Shown here piece after piece: positions 7,948 to 16,929 of a DNA stretch of 34,962 nucleotides (position 1 is the stretch's first letter; each line of letters opens with the position of its first letter). The stretch covers positions 1 to 34,962 of the forward strand of contig CAXGWI010000024.1 of assembly GCA_964013405.1 (NCBI GenBank), written 5' to 3'. Both the position numbers and the translations under genes were made by a program. This DNA comes from an uncultured Myxococcales bacterium (GTDB taxonomy: Bacteria; Myxococcota; UBA4151). Below the pieces are notes generated by a model, which did not search any database, was not told the DNA's origin, and was given only the letters and a program-made list of their open reading frames with translations.

Positions 7948-10332
7948 TTATTGGCACCACTCACAACTCTCCGGATTTTCCAGAGAGCAGGCCAAGGCTG
8001 CCGCCGCTTCTGCCTCAGAGCGCTGGGGAAGTTGGGAGCCTGTGGCAATGGTGGATTTGGCGATACGCGTCGCTGGGCGGCTGCGCAGGTAATAGGTCGT
8101 CTTCAAGCCCTGCTTCCAAGCGTAGAAATACATGGAGCTCAAGCGATCGATGCTGGGGCTTTCCATGAAGAGATTGAGACTCTGACTCTGGTCGATGAAG
8201 GGCCCACGGGCCACGGCCCCATCCACCAGGTATTTCTGCTTGAGTTCCCAGGCGGTGCGGAACAGCAGGCGGAGGTCGGCTGGAATGGCTTCGATCCCTT
8301 GAATAGAACCTTCCGCAGCCTTGATGGCCTCCCGGATCTCCGGTGTCCAAAGCCCCCGTTTGTCGAGGGCTTTCGCCAGGAAGTTATTCACCTGCAAGAA
8401 CTCGCCAGACAGGGTCTCCCGCTTAAACAGATTGCTCACCTGTGGCTCGATGCATTCGTAGCAACCCATGATGCTGGCAATGGTCGCCGTGGGCGCGATG
8501 GCCACCAGCAAAGAGTTCCGTAAGCCATGCTCGGCGATCTCGGCCTTCAGGGCTTCGAAACGCTCTGGCTGGGATGGGGTCACACCCCAAAGATCGAACT
8601 GGAGCTGCCCCTTGGCCGCTCGGGTCTCGGGGAAGGTCTCGTGGGCACCATGCTCCTTCGCCAGCTCAACGCTGGCCACCAACGCGTGGTAGTAGACCTC
8701 CTCTTGGATGCGCCCGCTCAACTCGATGGCCCGAGGGTCGTCGAAGGGAATCTCTAATGAGAAGAGCACATCCTGCCAGCCCATCAAGCCCAGACCGATC
8801 GGGCGCCACTTGAGGTTGCCGCGCTCGGCCTTATCCACCGGATACCAAGTACGATCGATGACACGGTCCAGTTGCTTCACAGCCTTGCGCACTGTGGCGC
8901 CAAGTTTCTCCCAAAGCACCCCCTCCTCACCCACGTGCCGAGCGAGGTTCACGGAGCCCAGATTGCATACGGCCGTCATGTCATCGGAGGTGACCTCAAT
9001 AATCTCCGTGCACAAGTTGGAGAGGTGAACCACCCGGCCGTTCTCGCCGGTCTGATTGCACTTGAGGTTCGAGGCATCCTTAAAGGTCATCCAGCCATTT
9101 CCGGTCTGGGCCAAGGTCCGCATCATCCGGTGAAACAAGTCCCGAGCCTTCACCCGCTTGATCGCCTTGCCACTGGCTTCCGCATTCTCATAGGCCGTCT
9201 TGAACGCGTCGCCATAAAGATCGCAGAGTTCTGGCACGGTCGCTGGGTCGAAGAGCGACCAGACGTCGTCCCTCGCCATGCGCTCCATAAACAGATCTGG
9301 CAGCCAGTTCGCCAGATTGAGGTTGTGGGTCCGTCGGGCTTCATCGCCGGTGTTGTCCCGCAACTCGAGAAAGGCTTCGATATCTCCGTGCCATGGCTCT
9401 AGGTACACACAGCAGGCGCCCTTGCGTCGCCCGCCCTGGTTCACAGCTGCCACCGAGGAGTCGAGGGTCTTCAACCAGGGGATAATACCGTTGGAGTGAC
9501 CGTTGGTACCCCGGATCAACGAACCGGCGCTACGGACCCGGTGGTATGCGATCCCAATGCCGCCGCCGAACTTCGAGAGCCGGGCCACCTCTTTATAGCG
9601 GTCATAGATCCCCTCGAGCTGATCCGTTGGTGAATCGACCAAGAAGCAGGATGAGAGCTGGGGATGGCGGGTGGCCGAGTTGAAGAGCGTCGGCGAGCTG
9701 GGCAGGTAGTCAAAATTGGAGAAGAGGTCATAAAGCTCGATGGCTTCATCGACGTCAGCGGCAAGGCCACAGGCCACGCGCATGAAGAAGACCTGGGGCG
9801 TCTCGACGACCCGCCTCGTCTCGGGATGCTTCAAGAGATAGCGATCGTAGACCGTGCGCAAGCCAAAGTAATGGAAGTGGAGGTCCCGACGAGCGTCCAA
9901 GGCTTCGTCCAAAGCCTGGCGATTGGCCTGGATGAAGGCCAAGGCCTCATCGTGGAGCAAGCCGAGTTCCTGGCAACGCACCATGCAGTCCGTGAAGCTG
10001 AAGAGTCCCTGACGGTGCACCTCCTCGCGTACGAACCGAGCCAAGAGACGAGCGGCCAACAGAGAGTACTCAGGTTCCTCGGCGATCTGAAGCGCCGCGG
10101 TCTGAATCGAAAGGCTATCCAACTCCTCGGTCGTCGCGCCATCGTAGAGGCCGCCGATAGTACGCGTCGCGACGAACATCGGGTCCACTTTTGAGAGGCC
10201 TTCACCACAAGCTGAAACCGCAGCAACGATCCGGTTGACGTCCACCAGTTCCAGGCTTCCATCCCGCTTGCGCACGCGCATCGAGAAAGGCTCATTCTTG
10301 GAAGCCTCGGCTTGTCTCATGGACAGGGTCAT
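7948..10332 (-). CDS. nrdA: Ribonucleotide reductase class Ia alpha subunit with N-terminal ATP cone
   Basis: ATP cone VRKRDG; SPTLFN, SSCFL, NLCTEI, VCNLGS, APTATIA, KTTYY; C-terminal CEWCQ Cys pair. ATG at 10332 has GGAG 5 nt upstream. Confidence 0.97.
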   Translation of the reverse strand: MTLSMRQAEASKNEPFSMRVRKRDGSLELVDVNRIVAAVSACGEGLSKVDPMFVATRTIGGLYDGATTEELDSLSIQTAALQIAEEPEYSLLAARLLARFVREEVHRQGLFSFTDCMVRCQELGLLHDEALAFIQANRQALDEALDARRDLHFHYFGLRTVYDRYLLKHPETRRVVETPQVFFMRVACGLAADVDEAIELYDLFSNFDYLPSSPTLFNSATRHPQLSSCFLVDSPTDQLEGIYDRYKEVARLSKFGGGIGIAYHRVRSAGSLIRGTNGHSNGIIPWLKTLDSSVAAVNQGGRRKGACCVYLEPWHGDIEAFLELRDNTGDEARRTHNLNLANWLPDLFMERMARDDVWSLFDPATVPELCDLYGDAFKTAYENAEASGKAIKRVKARDLFHRMMRTLAQTGNGWMTFKDASNLKCNQTGENGRVVHLSNLCTEIIEVTSDDMTAVCNLGSVNLARHVGEEGVLWEKLGATVRKAVKQLDRVIDRTWYPVDKAERGNLKWRPIGLGLMGWQDVLFSLEIPFDDPRAIELSGRIQEEVYYHALVASVELAKEHGAHETFPETRAAKGQLQFDLWGVTPSQPERFEALKAEIAEHGLRNSLLVAIAPTATIASIMGCYECIEPQVSNLFKRETLSGEFLQVNNFLAKALDKRGLWTPEIREAIKAAEGSIQGIEAIPADLRLLFRTAWELKQKYLVDGAVARGPFIDQSQSLNLFMESPSIDRLSSMYFYAWKQGLKTTYYLRSRPATRIAKSTIATGSQLPQRSEAEAAAALACSLENPESCEWCQ

Positions 10333-10916
10333 CGCAACTCCTTCTGGGCTCGCTTTGACACAAAGCAGCCCCTGCAAGGCCTCGGCCGGTCGGCGCCGAA
10401 AAGCCCGGTGATTGGATCTCTCAATTGTGGCTCCCTCGCCGAAGAGGCCCGATGGGCTTCTCTGGGTCGGTGCCTTTAGATGTAGGAGGGCGATCTGGCC
10501 TGGTCAACGGTGACAAACAAGAAACGAAATTTTGGCCATCTTTCGGCCCGATGGGCCAACCCTGGCCGTCTTCGTTAAGGGTATAAAAAACCGAATAATA
10601 TGGCTGGCCGCGGGGCCTGTTTGGGGGGCCGGAAAAAGGGATTTTAATCAAAATATTTGGCCTGCCCTCTTCAGGTCCGGCCAGGGGGGCACCTTCGTAG
10701 TAACCCTGTTTTTTCGGGTACTTAGAAGCAAGCAATTCAGTGGTTTGTTTTAAGCAAAATGCCGTTCTCGAAATTTCCCTGAAAAGAACTAGGCCTTGAC
10801 TCGAACTGCTGGTGTCAATTCGGCCCAACAAGCGATCTGTGGTCGGCTGGGAGAACGAGTAAAACGCGCCGGCTCACTGACGCTGTAAAAGCAAAAGAGG
10901 GATGCCCAAAGCGTCG

Positions 10917-11336
10917 TTAACGTGGCGTTTCGATATGGAGAGTGATGCAGGCTTCTTCATCGCCGAGATCACATGCCAACTTGAGGTAGTGCTTGCCGAA
11001 AGTTTTGGATTTAAAAAAAGCGCTTCCCCAATTCCACAGCTTCCCGGCCTCTCGACAAGCTTTAGGCTCGAAAAGTCGACAACCACGGGCGTAATAACGG
11101 GCAGCCCGTCGATGGTTCGGCTCGACGCCTCGTCCATCGAGGAAGATCTCCCCCAACATCCAACAACTCATACCATGGCGCCAGGTGCATCCCTTGCTCA
11201 GAAGGGCCCGAACGGCAGCGGATGGCCGATCTTCTTCCTTGCCCGCCAGCCGGAGCACCTCTGCTTCCTGATAGCATGCATCTGGACGCGCTTCGCTACA
11301 CTGGAGATTCCCAGCGAGAAGCAGGACGACCCACAA
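10917..11336 (-). CDS. Secreted Sel1-like repeat, Cys-rich protein
   Basis: Hydrophobic N-terminus; SCWMLGEIFLDGRGVEPNHRRAARYYARGC and KLACDLGDEEAC are Sel1/Hcp-type repeats with paired Cys; start uncertain (TTG). Confidence 0.75.
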   Translation of the reverse strand: MWVVLLLAGNLQCSEARPDACYQEAEVLRLAGKEEDRPSAAVRALLSKGCTWRHGMSCWMLGEIFLDGRGVEPNHRRAARYYARGCRLFEPKACREAGKLWNWGSAFFKSKTFGKHYLKLACDLGDEEACITLHIETPR

Positions 11337-11342
11337 GACTGA

Positions 11343-12611
11343 CTAGTCTCCCCCGAGCCGGACGAAGGCTTCATACAGGCCCGTATTACCCGGCTGCGCG
11401 ACGTTGCGTTCATAGTGACGGACCCAGAAGGTGTAGGTCGTTTCCGCCTCCACCTCGAAGGGGATCAGGCAGTTATAGTTACCGGCCTGGCCATCGATAT
11501 CATCGTTCTCACCGAGAAGTTCCTGGCCGTCGGCACTGCGCAACTCACAGATCGGGTCCATGGGCGCCTCGGTACCAAACTCCATTAACGCTCCGGTGGC
11601 CGCGACGAAGGAGAAAACGTCCACATCGCCCGGGACAGCAATCTCCCCGGAGATGGCTGCATCCACTGTGATGGGCGTTGCATTGGCTGCATCATCACCG
11701 TGATCGTCCCGGAGATCTTTCGCCACAAAAGTGTAGATCCCTGTTCCTGCTTCGGCTGAAAAGTGACGAACGCCTACGATGACGGTCTCACCGGCTTCCA
11801 TGGTCCGGCGAATCCAGCAGTTGTAGCCGCGACCGCTGTCATCATCGCCAAGCTGTTCTCCGTCGTCACCGTTGATGGCTTGTCCCTCAGCATCAAAGAG
11901 CAAGCAAAGAGTGTCGATGGAACTGTCGGTATAGAACCGATAATCCCCAGCGTCGGCCACGGTGACCTGGAAGTAGTCCATGTCACCGCAAGCCAGGATG
12001 CCCGGCGTTTCCGCAGCCAGTTCCACGGCTGTCGCCCCGGCTGCGTCAGCACCGTGATCCACTTCAAGGTCTTCACACGCGCAGGCTGCACAACCATCAC
12101 CGGTCTCTTCGTTGCGATCATCGCAACTCTCGTATCCCGCGGCCCCCTCTTCAAGGTCGGAGCGGCGAATGCCATCGCCACAACTGGCTGCCTGGCAGTT
12201 ACTCAAGCAACTATCGTCGTTGGCTTCATTGCCGTCATCGCAAGCCTCATAGCCCTCAGCGCCTTCAGACAGATCGCTGCGCACGATGCCATCACCACAC
12301 TTAGCGTTGAAACACTCGTCGGTGCAGGCGTCGTCGGCATCTGTATTGCCATCGTCACATTCCTCAAGCCGGTCCACATTGCCATCACCACATTGGGGTT
12401 CAGCCTGCTCCCGACAGCGAGACGTGCAGCCATCACCATTGCGACGATTCCCATCATCGCACTCCTCGTCACCTTCACGGATCCCGTCCCCACAGATCGG
12501 GCCATCGACAGGACCAGCATCTTCGCCCCCACCGGGCCCCGGATCACTATTTGGGTTCGGCACGCAGGCCAAAGCAACGCAGAAACAAAGAGACAGACAG
12601 AGACGGACCAT
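11343..12611 (-). CDS. Lipoprotein with four myxococcal Cys-rich repeats (DUF4215-like) and two PPC-like beta domains
   Basis: Lipobox ALAC; four CGDG...CDDxN...C repeats; two internal repeats starting DHGxDAAxAT with GDxDxF and NC motifs. Confidence 0.85.
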   Translation of the reverse strand: MVRLCLSLCFCVALACVPNPNSDPGPGGGEDAGPVDGPICGDGIREGDEECDDGNRRNGDGCTSRCREQAEPQCGDGNVDRLEECDDGNTDADDACTDECFNAKCGDGIVRSDLSEGAEGYEACDDGNEANDDSCLSNCQAASCGDGIRRSDLEEGAAGYESCDDRNEETGDGCAACACEDLEVDHGADAAGATAVELAAETPGILACGDMDYFQVTVADAGDYRFYTDSSIDTLCLLFDAEGQAINGDDGEQLGDDDSGRGYNCWIRRTMEAGETVIVGVRHFSAEAGTGIYTFVAKDLRDDHGDDAANATPITVDAAISGEIAVPGDVDVFSFVAATGALMEFGTEAPMDPICELRSADGQELLGENDDIDGQAGNYNCLIPFEVEAETTYTFWVRHYERNVAQPGNTGLYEAFVRLGGD

Positions 12612-12737
12612 GGAGCGGCTCCTTCAAATGCGATAGAGTCTTAGCCGAGGAAGCGGCTCCTGGCTAACGAAGAAAGCACTACCAGACCAAAGGGTTTGTT
12701 AGTAAAAGCCATCACGCCGACCTTCGGAGAAAGACAC

Positions 12738-13199
12738 ATGGCTGAAGAACGCATCAAAACTTTTAAGGAATTTTGGCCTTATTACCTGGCTGAACACCGC
12801 CGCCCACTTTGCCGCGTGCTGCACTTTGTCGGCACCAGCGGCTTTCTTGCCGCATTCGTGGCGGGCTTGATCTACCTTCCCCAACCCACGCTCCTCGCCT
12901 TCGGACTTGTCGCCTTTGCCAACGGCATGGCCGGTCGCTATATCGAGCCGATCCGGCCCGCCCGTCGCCTGACCGCTGTGACTGCCCTCGCAGCCATGGC
13001 CATCGCCCCGCAAGTCTTCATCCCGGGCATCGTCTGGGCCTATGGCTGCGCTTGGGTTGGACACTTCAAAGTCGAAAACAATCGCCCTGCGACCTTCGAT
13101 TATCCAGCCTGGAGCCTGATCGGTGACTTTCGCATGTACGGAATGATGACGCTTGGCCACTTGTGGTCTGGCGATTCCGTCGCGACAGGGGAGGCATGA
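12738..13199 (+). CDS. DUF962/Mpo1-like membrane protein
   Basis: FKEFWPYYLAEH, LHFVGT, AWVGHF.VENNRPATF.YP.WSL.GDF signature; ATG 12738 with GGAG upstream. Confidence 0.85.
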   Translation: MAEERIKTFKEFWPYYLAEHRRPLCRVLHFVGTSGFLAAFVAGLIYLPQPTLLAFGLVAFANGMAGRYIEPIRPARRLTAVTALAAMAIAPQVFIPGIVWAYGCAWVGHFKVENNRPATFDYPAWSLIGDFRMYGMMTLGHLWSGDSVATGEA

Positions 13200-14008
13200 G
13201 CAAGCCCGAAGCCGAAGCCTGGTTCCGCAACCTCCAAAACGAACTCATTCGCAGCTACGAATCGATCGAAGTGGCCGCTGGAAGCTCGGCCCGATTCGAG
13301 CGCCAACCTTGGCAGCGACCTGGCGGAGGGGGCGGTACGATGGCGGTCTTGCGGGGGGAGGTCTTTGAGAAAGCAGGGGTGAACTTCTCCCAGGTGGAAG
13401 GAGTTTTCAGCGAACGCTTTCGCGGTGAGATTCCGGGGACAGATGAAGACCCCTCGTTTTGGGCCTGCGGGGTCAGCGTCGTGGTGCACCCCCGTTCCCC
13501 CATGGTCCCGGCGGTACACTTCAACACCCGGCACCTCGTCACTCAAAAGGCTTGGTTCGGCGGCGGGGCCGACATGACCCCAGTCTTTCCCAACGAAGAA
13601 GATACCGCCCTGTTTCATGGGGCGCTTCAGGAGGCCTGTGATCTGCACGCTGTCGCCGACTATGAGGCTTACAAGGCTTGGTGTGACCGGTATTTCTATC
13701 TCCCCCATCGCCAGGAGCCCAGGGGGGTCGGCGGCATCTTTTTCGACCAGCTCAACAGCGGGGATTGGGCCGCAGACTTCGCCTTCGTCAGAGAAGTGGG
13801 TAAGGCTTTTGCCTACGTTTATCCCCAGTTGGTGGCCCGCCGCGTGAACGAGCCCTACGATGAGCATCACCGGGCAGCGCAACTGGTCAAGAGAGGCCGT
13901 TATGTTGAGTTCAACCTCGTCCACGACCGGGGCACCCGCTTCGGTCTCGAGACGGGGGGCAATACGGAGGCGATCCTCATGTCCCTGCCGCCGATGGCTT
14001 CGTGGTAG
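13196..14008 (+). CDS. hemF: Oxygen-dependent coproporphyrinogen III oxidase
   Basis: GGGG..VFEKAGVNFS, HPRSPMVPAVHFNTR, WFGGGADMTP, RGVGGIFFD, RGRYVEFNLVHDRGTRFGL, ILMSLPP; ATGA overlap with the DUF962 gene. Confidence 0.96.
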   Translation: MSKPEAEAWFRNLQNELIRSYESIEVAAGSSARFERQPWQRPGGGGGTMAVLRGEVFEKAGVNFSQVEGVFSERFRGEIPGTDEDPSFWACGVSVVVHPRSPMVPAVHFNTRHLVTQKAWFGGGADMTPVFPNEEDTALFHGALQEACDLHAVADYEAYKAWCDRYFYLPHRQEPRGVGGIFFDQLNSGDWAADFAFVREVGKAFAYVYPQLVARRVNEPYDEHHRAAQLVKRGRYVEFNLVHDRGTRFGLETGGNTEAILMSLPPMASW

Positions 14009-15263
14009 GTCGAGCCACCTGAGCCAAGGTCTTGGCAAACTCCAAGAGCTCCTCTTTGCCGTGGGCCAAGGAGAGGAAACATACCTCATAGGCCGAGGGC
14101 GGAAGATAATAACCCGCAGCGAGCATCGCCTCGTGCAAAGGCGCAAAGCGACTGGTGATCTCCGGATCGACATCGCAGGCTCGTCTGGGCGGCTCAGCCT
14201 CACTGCCGTAGAACCACAGGATCGATCCCCACCGCACCACCCGCAGGCGGTCGAGTGCCTGCGCCTGGACGGCCTGGTGAACAAGGTCGGCCCGCTGCTC
14301 CAACTGCTGATACACCCGTCCGTCGTTCAATCGTTTCAAGGTCGCTAAACCGGCGGCCACGCTCAGTGGGTTTCCAGACAACGTCCCGGCTTGGTAGACA
14401 GGACCGACAGGGGCGAGCAGGTCCATCACCGTCGCAGCCCCCAAGATGGCCCCCATCGGCAGGCCGCCCCCAATAATTTTTCCAAGGGTGACCAGATCGG
14501 GCCGCACGCCTAATTGGGGGCCCACGCCCCCATAACGCAGCCGAAACCCGCTGATCACCTCATCAAAAATGAGAAGCGCGCCATGCTCATCACATAATCT
14601 TCTCAGCCCAGCGAGAAAGGCCTGCCGCTGAATGAGCAGTCCATTGTTGGCTGGCAAAGGCTCGATGACGACAGCAGCGATGGAGGACCCCTCGGCGGCA
14701 AACAAGGCTTCGGCAGACTCGAGATCATCCAGGTCGAGGACGCGAGTGCAGCCTGCGATCGCCTCGGGTACCCCTGCGGAATTGGCGATAGCCTGGGTCG
14801 CGAGACCGCTGCCTGCCTTGACGAGAAAGCTGTCCGAGTGGCCGTGGTAGCCGCCATCAAACTTCACCAGCAGGGGGCGCTCTGTCGCCGCTCGAGCCAG
14901 GCGTCCAGCGGTCATCACCGCCTCCGTACCAGAACTCACCATGCGAACTCGGTCGGCCCACGGAAACCCAGCGAGAATCGCTTCCGCAAGTTCGACCTCC
15001 TGACGGTGGCATGCTCCAAAGGTTAAGCCATCCTGGGCCCGGCGCTGGACCGCTTCAACCACCTCTGGATCGCCGTGCCCCAAGATCAGGGGGCCCCAAC
15101 TCATACACAAATCCAAGTAACGGGTCCCGTCTTCGGCATAGATCCAGGGGCCTTCCCCCTTGGCCATAAAGACGGGCTCGCCCCGTACCGAACCAAAGGC
15201 CCGCACCGGTGAGTTCACGCCACCAGGAATGGCCTTGCAGGCTCGTTCAAACCATTGGGTCAT
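13977..15263 (-). CDS. hemL: Glutamate-1-semialdehyde 2,1-aminomutase
   Basis: IPGGVNSPVRAF, SWGPLILGH, SGTEAVM, YHGH, FDEVISGFR, PLP lysine in TLGKIIGGG, YQAGTLSGNP. Confidence 0.96.
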   Translation of the reverse strand: MTQWFERACKAIPGGVNSPVRAFGSVRGEPVFMAKGEGPWIYAEDGTRYLDLCMSWGPLILGHGDPEVVEAVQRRAQDGLTFGACHRQEVELAEAILAGFPWADRVRMVSSGTEAVMTAGRLARAATERPLLVKFDGGYHGHSDSFLVKAGSGLATQAIANSAGVPEAIAGCTRVLDLDDLESAEALFAAEGSSIAAVVIEPLPANNGLLIQRQAFLAGLRRLCDEHGALLIFDEVISGFRLRYGGVGPQLGVRPDLVTLGKIIGGGLPMGAILGAATVMDLLAPVGPVYQAGTLSGNPLSVAAGLATLKRLNDGRVYQQLEQRADLVHQAVQAQALDRLRVVRWGSILWFYGSEAEPPRRACDVDPEITSRFAPLHEAMLAAGYYLPPSAYEVCFLSLAHGKEELLEFAKTLAQVARPTTKPSAAGT

Positions 15264-16000
15264 GACGTCGATCCTTTCAAAACATGATTGACCGCTTCAA
15301 AGACTGCCGACCAAGTGGGCCCCTCGGCAACGATGACACGAGGCAGATCACCGTTCTGCATCAGCCAATCGGCCGTTGTCGGCCCATAAGCGACGCCTGG
15401 AACAGCATGAAGCCATGGGTTATTCTGCAAGTGGTTTCTAGCGGCACTCGGGCTGCCATAGACGGCACAGTCGACAACACACTGTGGCTGGGCCAAGTCC
15501 TCGGGCGGCCGATTCTCGTAGACCACCAGTCGGGCAACAGAAAGACCCGCTGCTGCCAGTCGTCGCGGCAGTACATCGCCAGCTAAGTTGCCCACCATCA
15601 GCACGACACGAGTCCCCGGTGGCACGTCACGGTGAATGCGATCGGCTAAACCGATCGCGTCGGTGCGCAGAGGCGTCGTGACCTGCAGGACACCACGAGC
15701 CTCCAATGCGGCACGGGTGCCTGGCCCTTGCGCGTAGATCCGCAAACCCAAGGCCCCCAACAAAGAGCCTAAAGCGGGCCATTGAGCCCATGTACAACGC
15801 ACCGCACCGGGACTCGGAAACACGATAACCTCAGCCGACCGCAATGCCTCCCCCAAGGCCGCTTCGCCCCCGGGCAGTTCAAGCGGTTGCAACTGAACAC
15901 CAGGCCACTGAAGTACGCGGAGGCCCTGGTCGGTGAGGTGAGACCGCAGTTGTGACTCGTCTTCACGGGCTCGAGTCAACAACACACACCGTTGCGTCAC
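15260..16000 (-). CDS. hemD: Uroporphyrinogen-III synthase
   Basis: VLLTR N-terminus, VIVFPSPGAV, AQGPGTRAAL, VVYEN, YGSPSAA, YGPTTA; lies between hemC and hemL; GTG start at 16000 overlaps the hemC stop (GTGA). Confidence 0.85.
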   Translation of the reverse strand: MTQRCVLLTRAREDESQLRSHLTDQGLRVLQWPGVQLQPLELPGGEAALGEALRSAEVIVFPSPGAVRCTWAQWPALGSLLGALGLRIYAQGPGTRAALEARGVLQVTTPLRTDAIGLADRIHRDVPPGTRVVLMVGNLAGDVLPRRLAAAGLSVARLVVYENRPPEDLAQPQCVVDCAVYGSPSAARNHLQNNPWLHAVPGVAYGPTTADWLMQNGDLPRVIVAEGPTWSAVFEAVNHVLKGSTS

Positions 16001-16929
16001 AGCCCTTCCTCCAAGGGTGCCCACAAACTGGCCGGCTCGATGGCCTTCGCCCCTGCCAATCGACCATAAGCCAGCGCCGCCAAGGTCTCGGGCGCCCCCG
16101 TGACCGCGGTCATCCGCCAGTCTCCGGGTCCCGCCGACTGGCCCAAGCGAAGACACCATTGCCCGCTGGCCGTCGGCGCCGCACGGGCACCAAAGGGCAC
16201 ATGGCAGCCCCCTTCGCTCAAAGCGAGTGCCTCCCTTTCGAGACCGACAGCCAGGTTTGCCTGGGGGTCGCTCAATCCCCGGAGGGTCCGCTGAAGCTCC
16301 CCATCATCGCTCCGGGTCTGGACAGCGATCGCACCTTGACCTGGAGCCGGCAACCAACACTGTGGATGAAGGACAAAGGACCGCAGGCCGCTGAGATCAG
16401 CCTGCAAGCGATGCAGACCAGCCCGGGCCAAAATCACCCCATCGACCTCCCCCTCAAGAGCCTTGCGCAGACGGGTGGGCACGTTGCCTCGAATCGGCAC
16501 AGGCTGAAGATCGCCACGCCACGCGTTGAGCATCGCCACCCGACGGGCGGCAGATGTTCCGATACGCGCCCCCTCCCTGACGGGTAAGATCCCCGTATCG
16601 GCCACCGCATGGGGAGCGACAAGGAGGAGATCCTCCGAGGCGACGCGCTCGATGACGATGCTTGGCGAACAGCGAGGATCGCCCGCTGTGGGCATATCCT
16701 TGAGGGAATGCACCGCAAGGTCGGCTCGCCCCTCAGCGACGGCAGATTCCACCTCGCTGGTGAAGAGCCCCTTTTCCAGGTTGTCCGAAAGACGCAGATC
16801 CAGGGCAACATCGCCCCGGGTCTTAATGATGCAAAGCTCCGCAGCTTGTCCTGTCCCCGCTAAGAGCCCTTGAACTCGGCGAGCTTGAGCAAGGGCTAGA
16901 TCGCTACCACGTGTCGCAATTTTTAGCAT
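15997..16929 (-). CDS. hemC: Hydroxymethylbilane synthase (porphobilinogen deaminase)
   Basis: KIATRGSDLALAQ, KGLFTSEVE, AVHSLKDMP, IRGNVPTRL, LPAPGQGAI, cofactor Cys in GGCHVPFGA. Confidence 0.96.
   Translation of the reverse strand: MLKIATRGSDLALAQARRVQGLLAGTGQAAELCIIKTRGDVALDLRLSDNLEKGLFTSEVESAVAEGRADLAVHSLKDMPTAGDPRCSPSIVIERVASEDLLLVAPHAVADTGILPVREGARIGTSAARRVAMLNAWRGDLQPVPIRGNVPTRLRKALEGEVDGVILARAGLHRLQADLSGLRSFVLHPQCWLPAPGQGAIAVQTRSDDGELQRTLRGLSDPQANLAVGLEREALALSEGGCHVPFGARAAPTASGQWCLRLGQSAGPGDWRMTAVTGAPETLAALAYGRLAGAKAIEPASLWAPLEEGL

Noticed and set aside
10474..10489. NrdR-box-like CTCCTACATCTAAAGG on the minus strand
   Set aside because: It misses the conserved G of the consensus and I found no convincing second box.
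10421..10831. 136-aa minus-strand ORF (and 73-aa plus-strand ORF) upstream of nrdA
   Set aside because: No recognisable motif or RBS and atypical AT-rich composition; treated as non-coding but not excluded.
10333..10860. Cobalamin riboswitch upstream of nrdA
   Set aside because: No B12-box or conserved GGGAA...GCCACTG/AGACC core was recognisable on the minus strand.
11763..12644. 293-aa plus-strand hydrophobic-looking ORF
   Set aside because: Antisense to the Asp/Cys-rich lipoprotein; its Ile/Val/Ala richness mirrors complementary Asp/Cys codons.
13100..14284. 394-aa minus-strand ORF over hemF and the hemL 3' end
   Set aside because: Shadow or alternative frame of well-supported genes in GC-rich DNA; no motifs.
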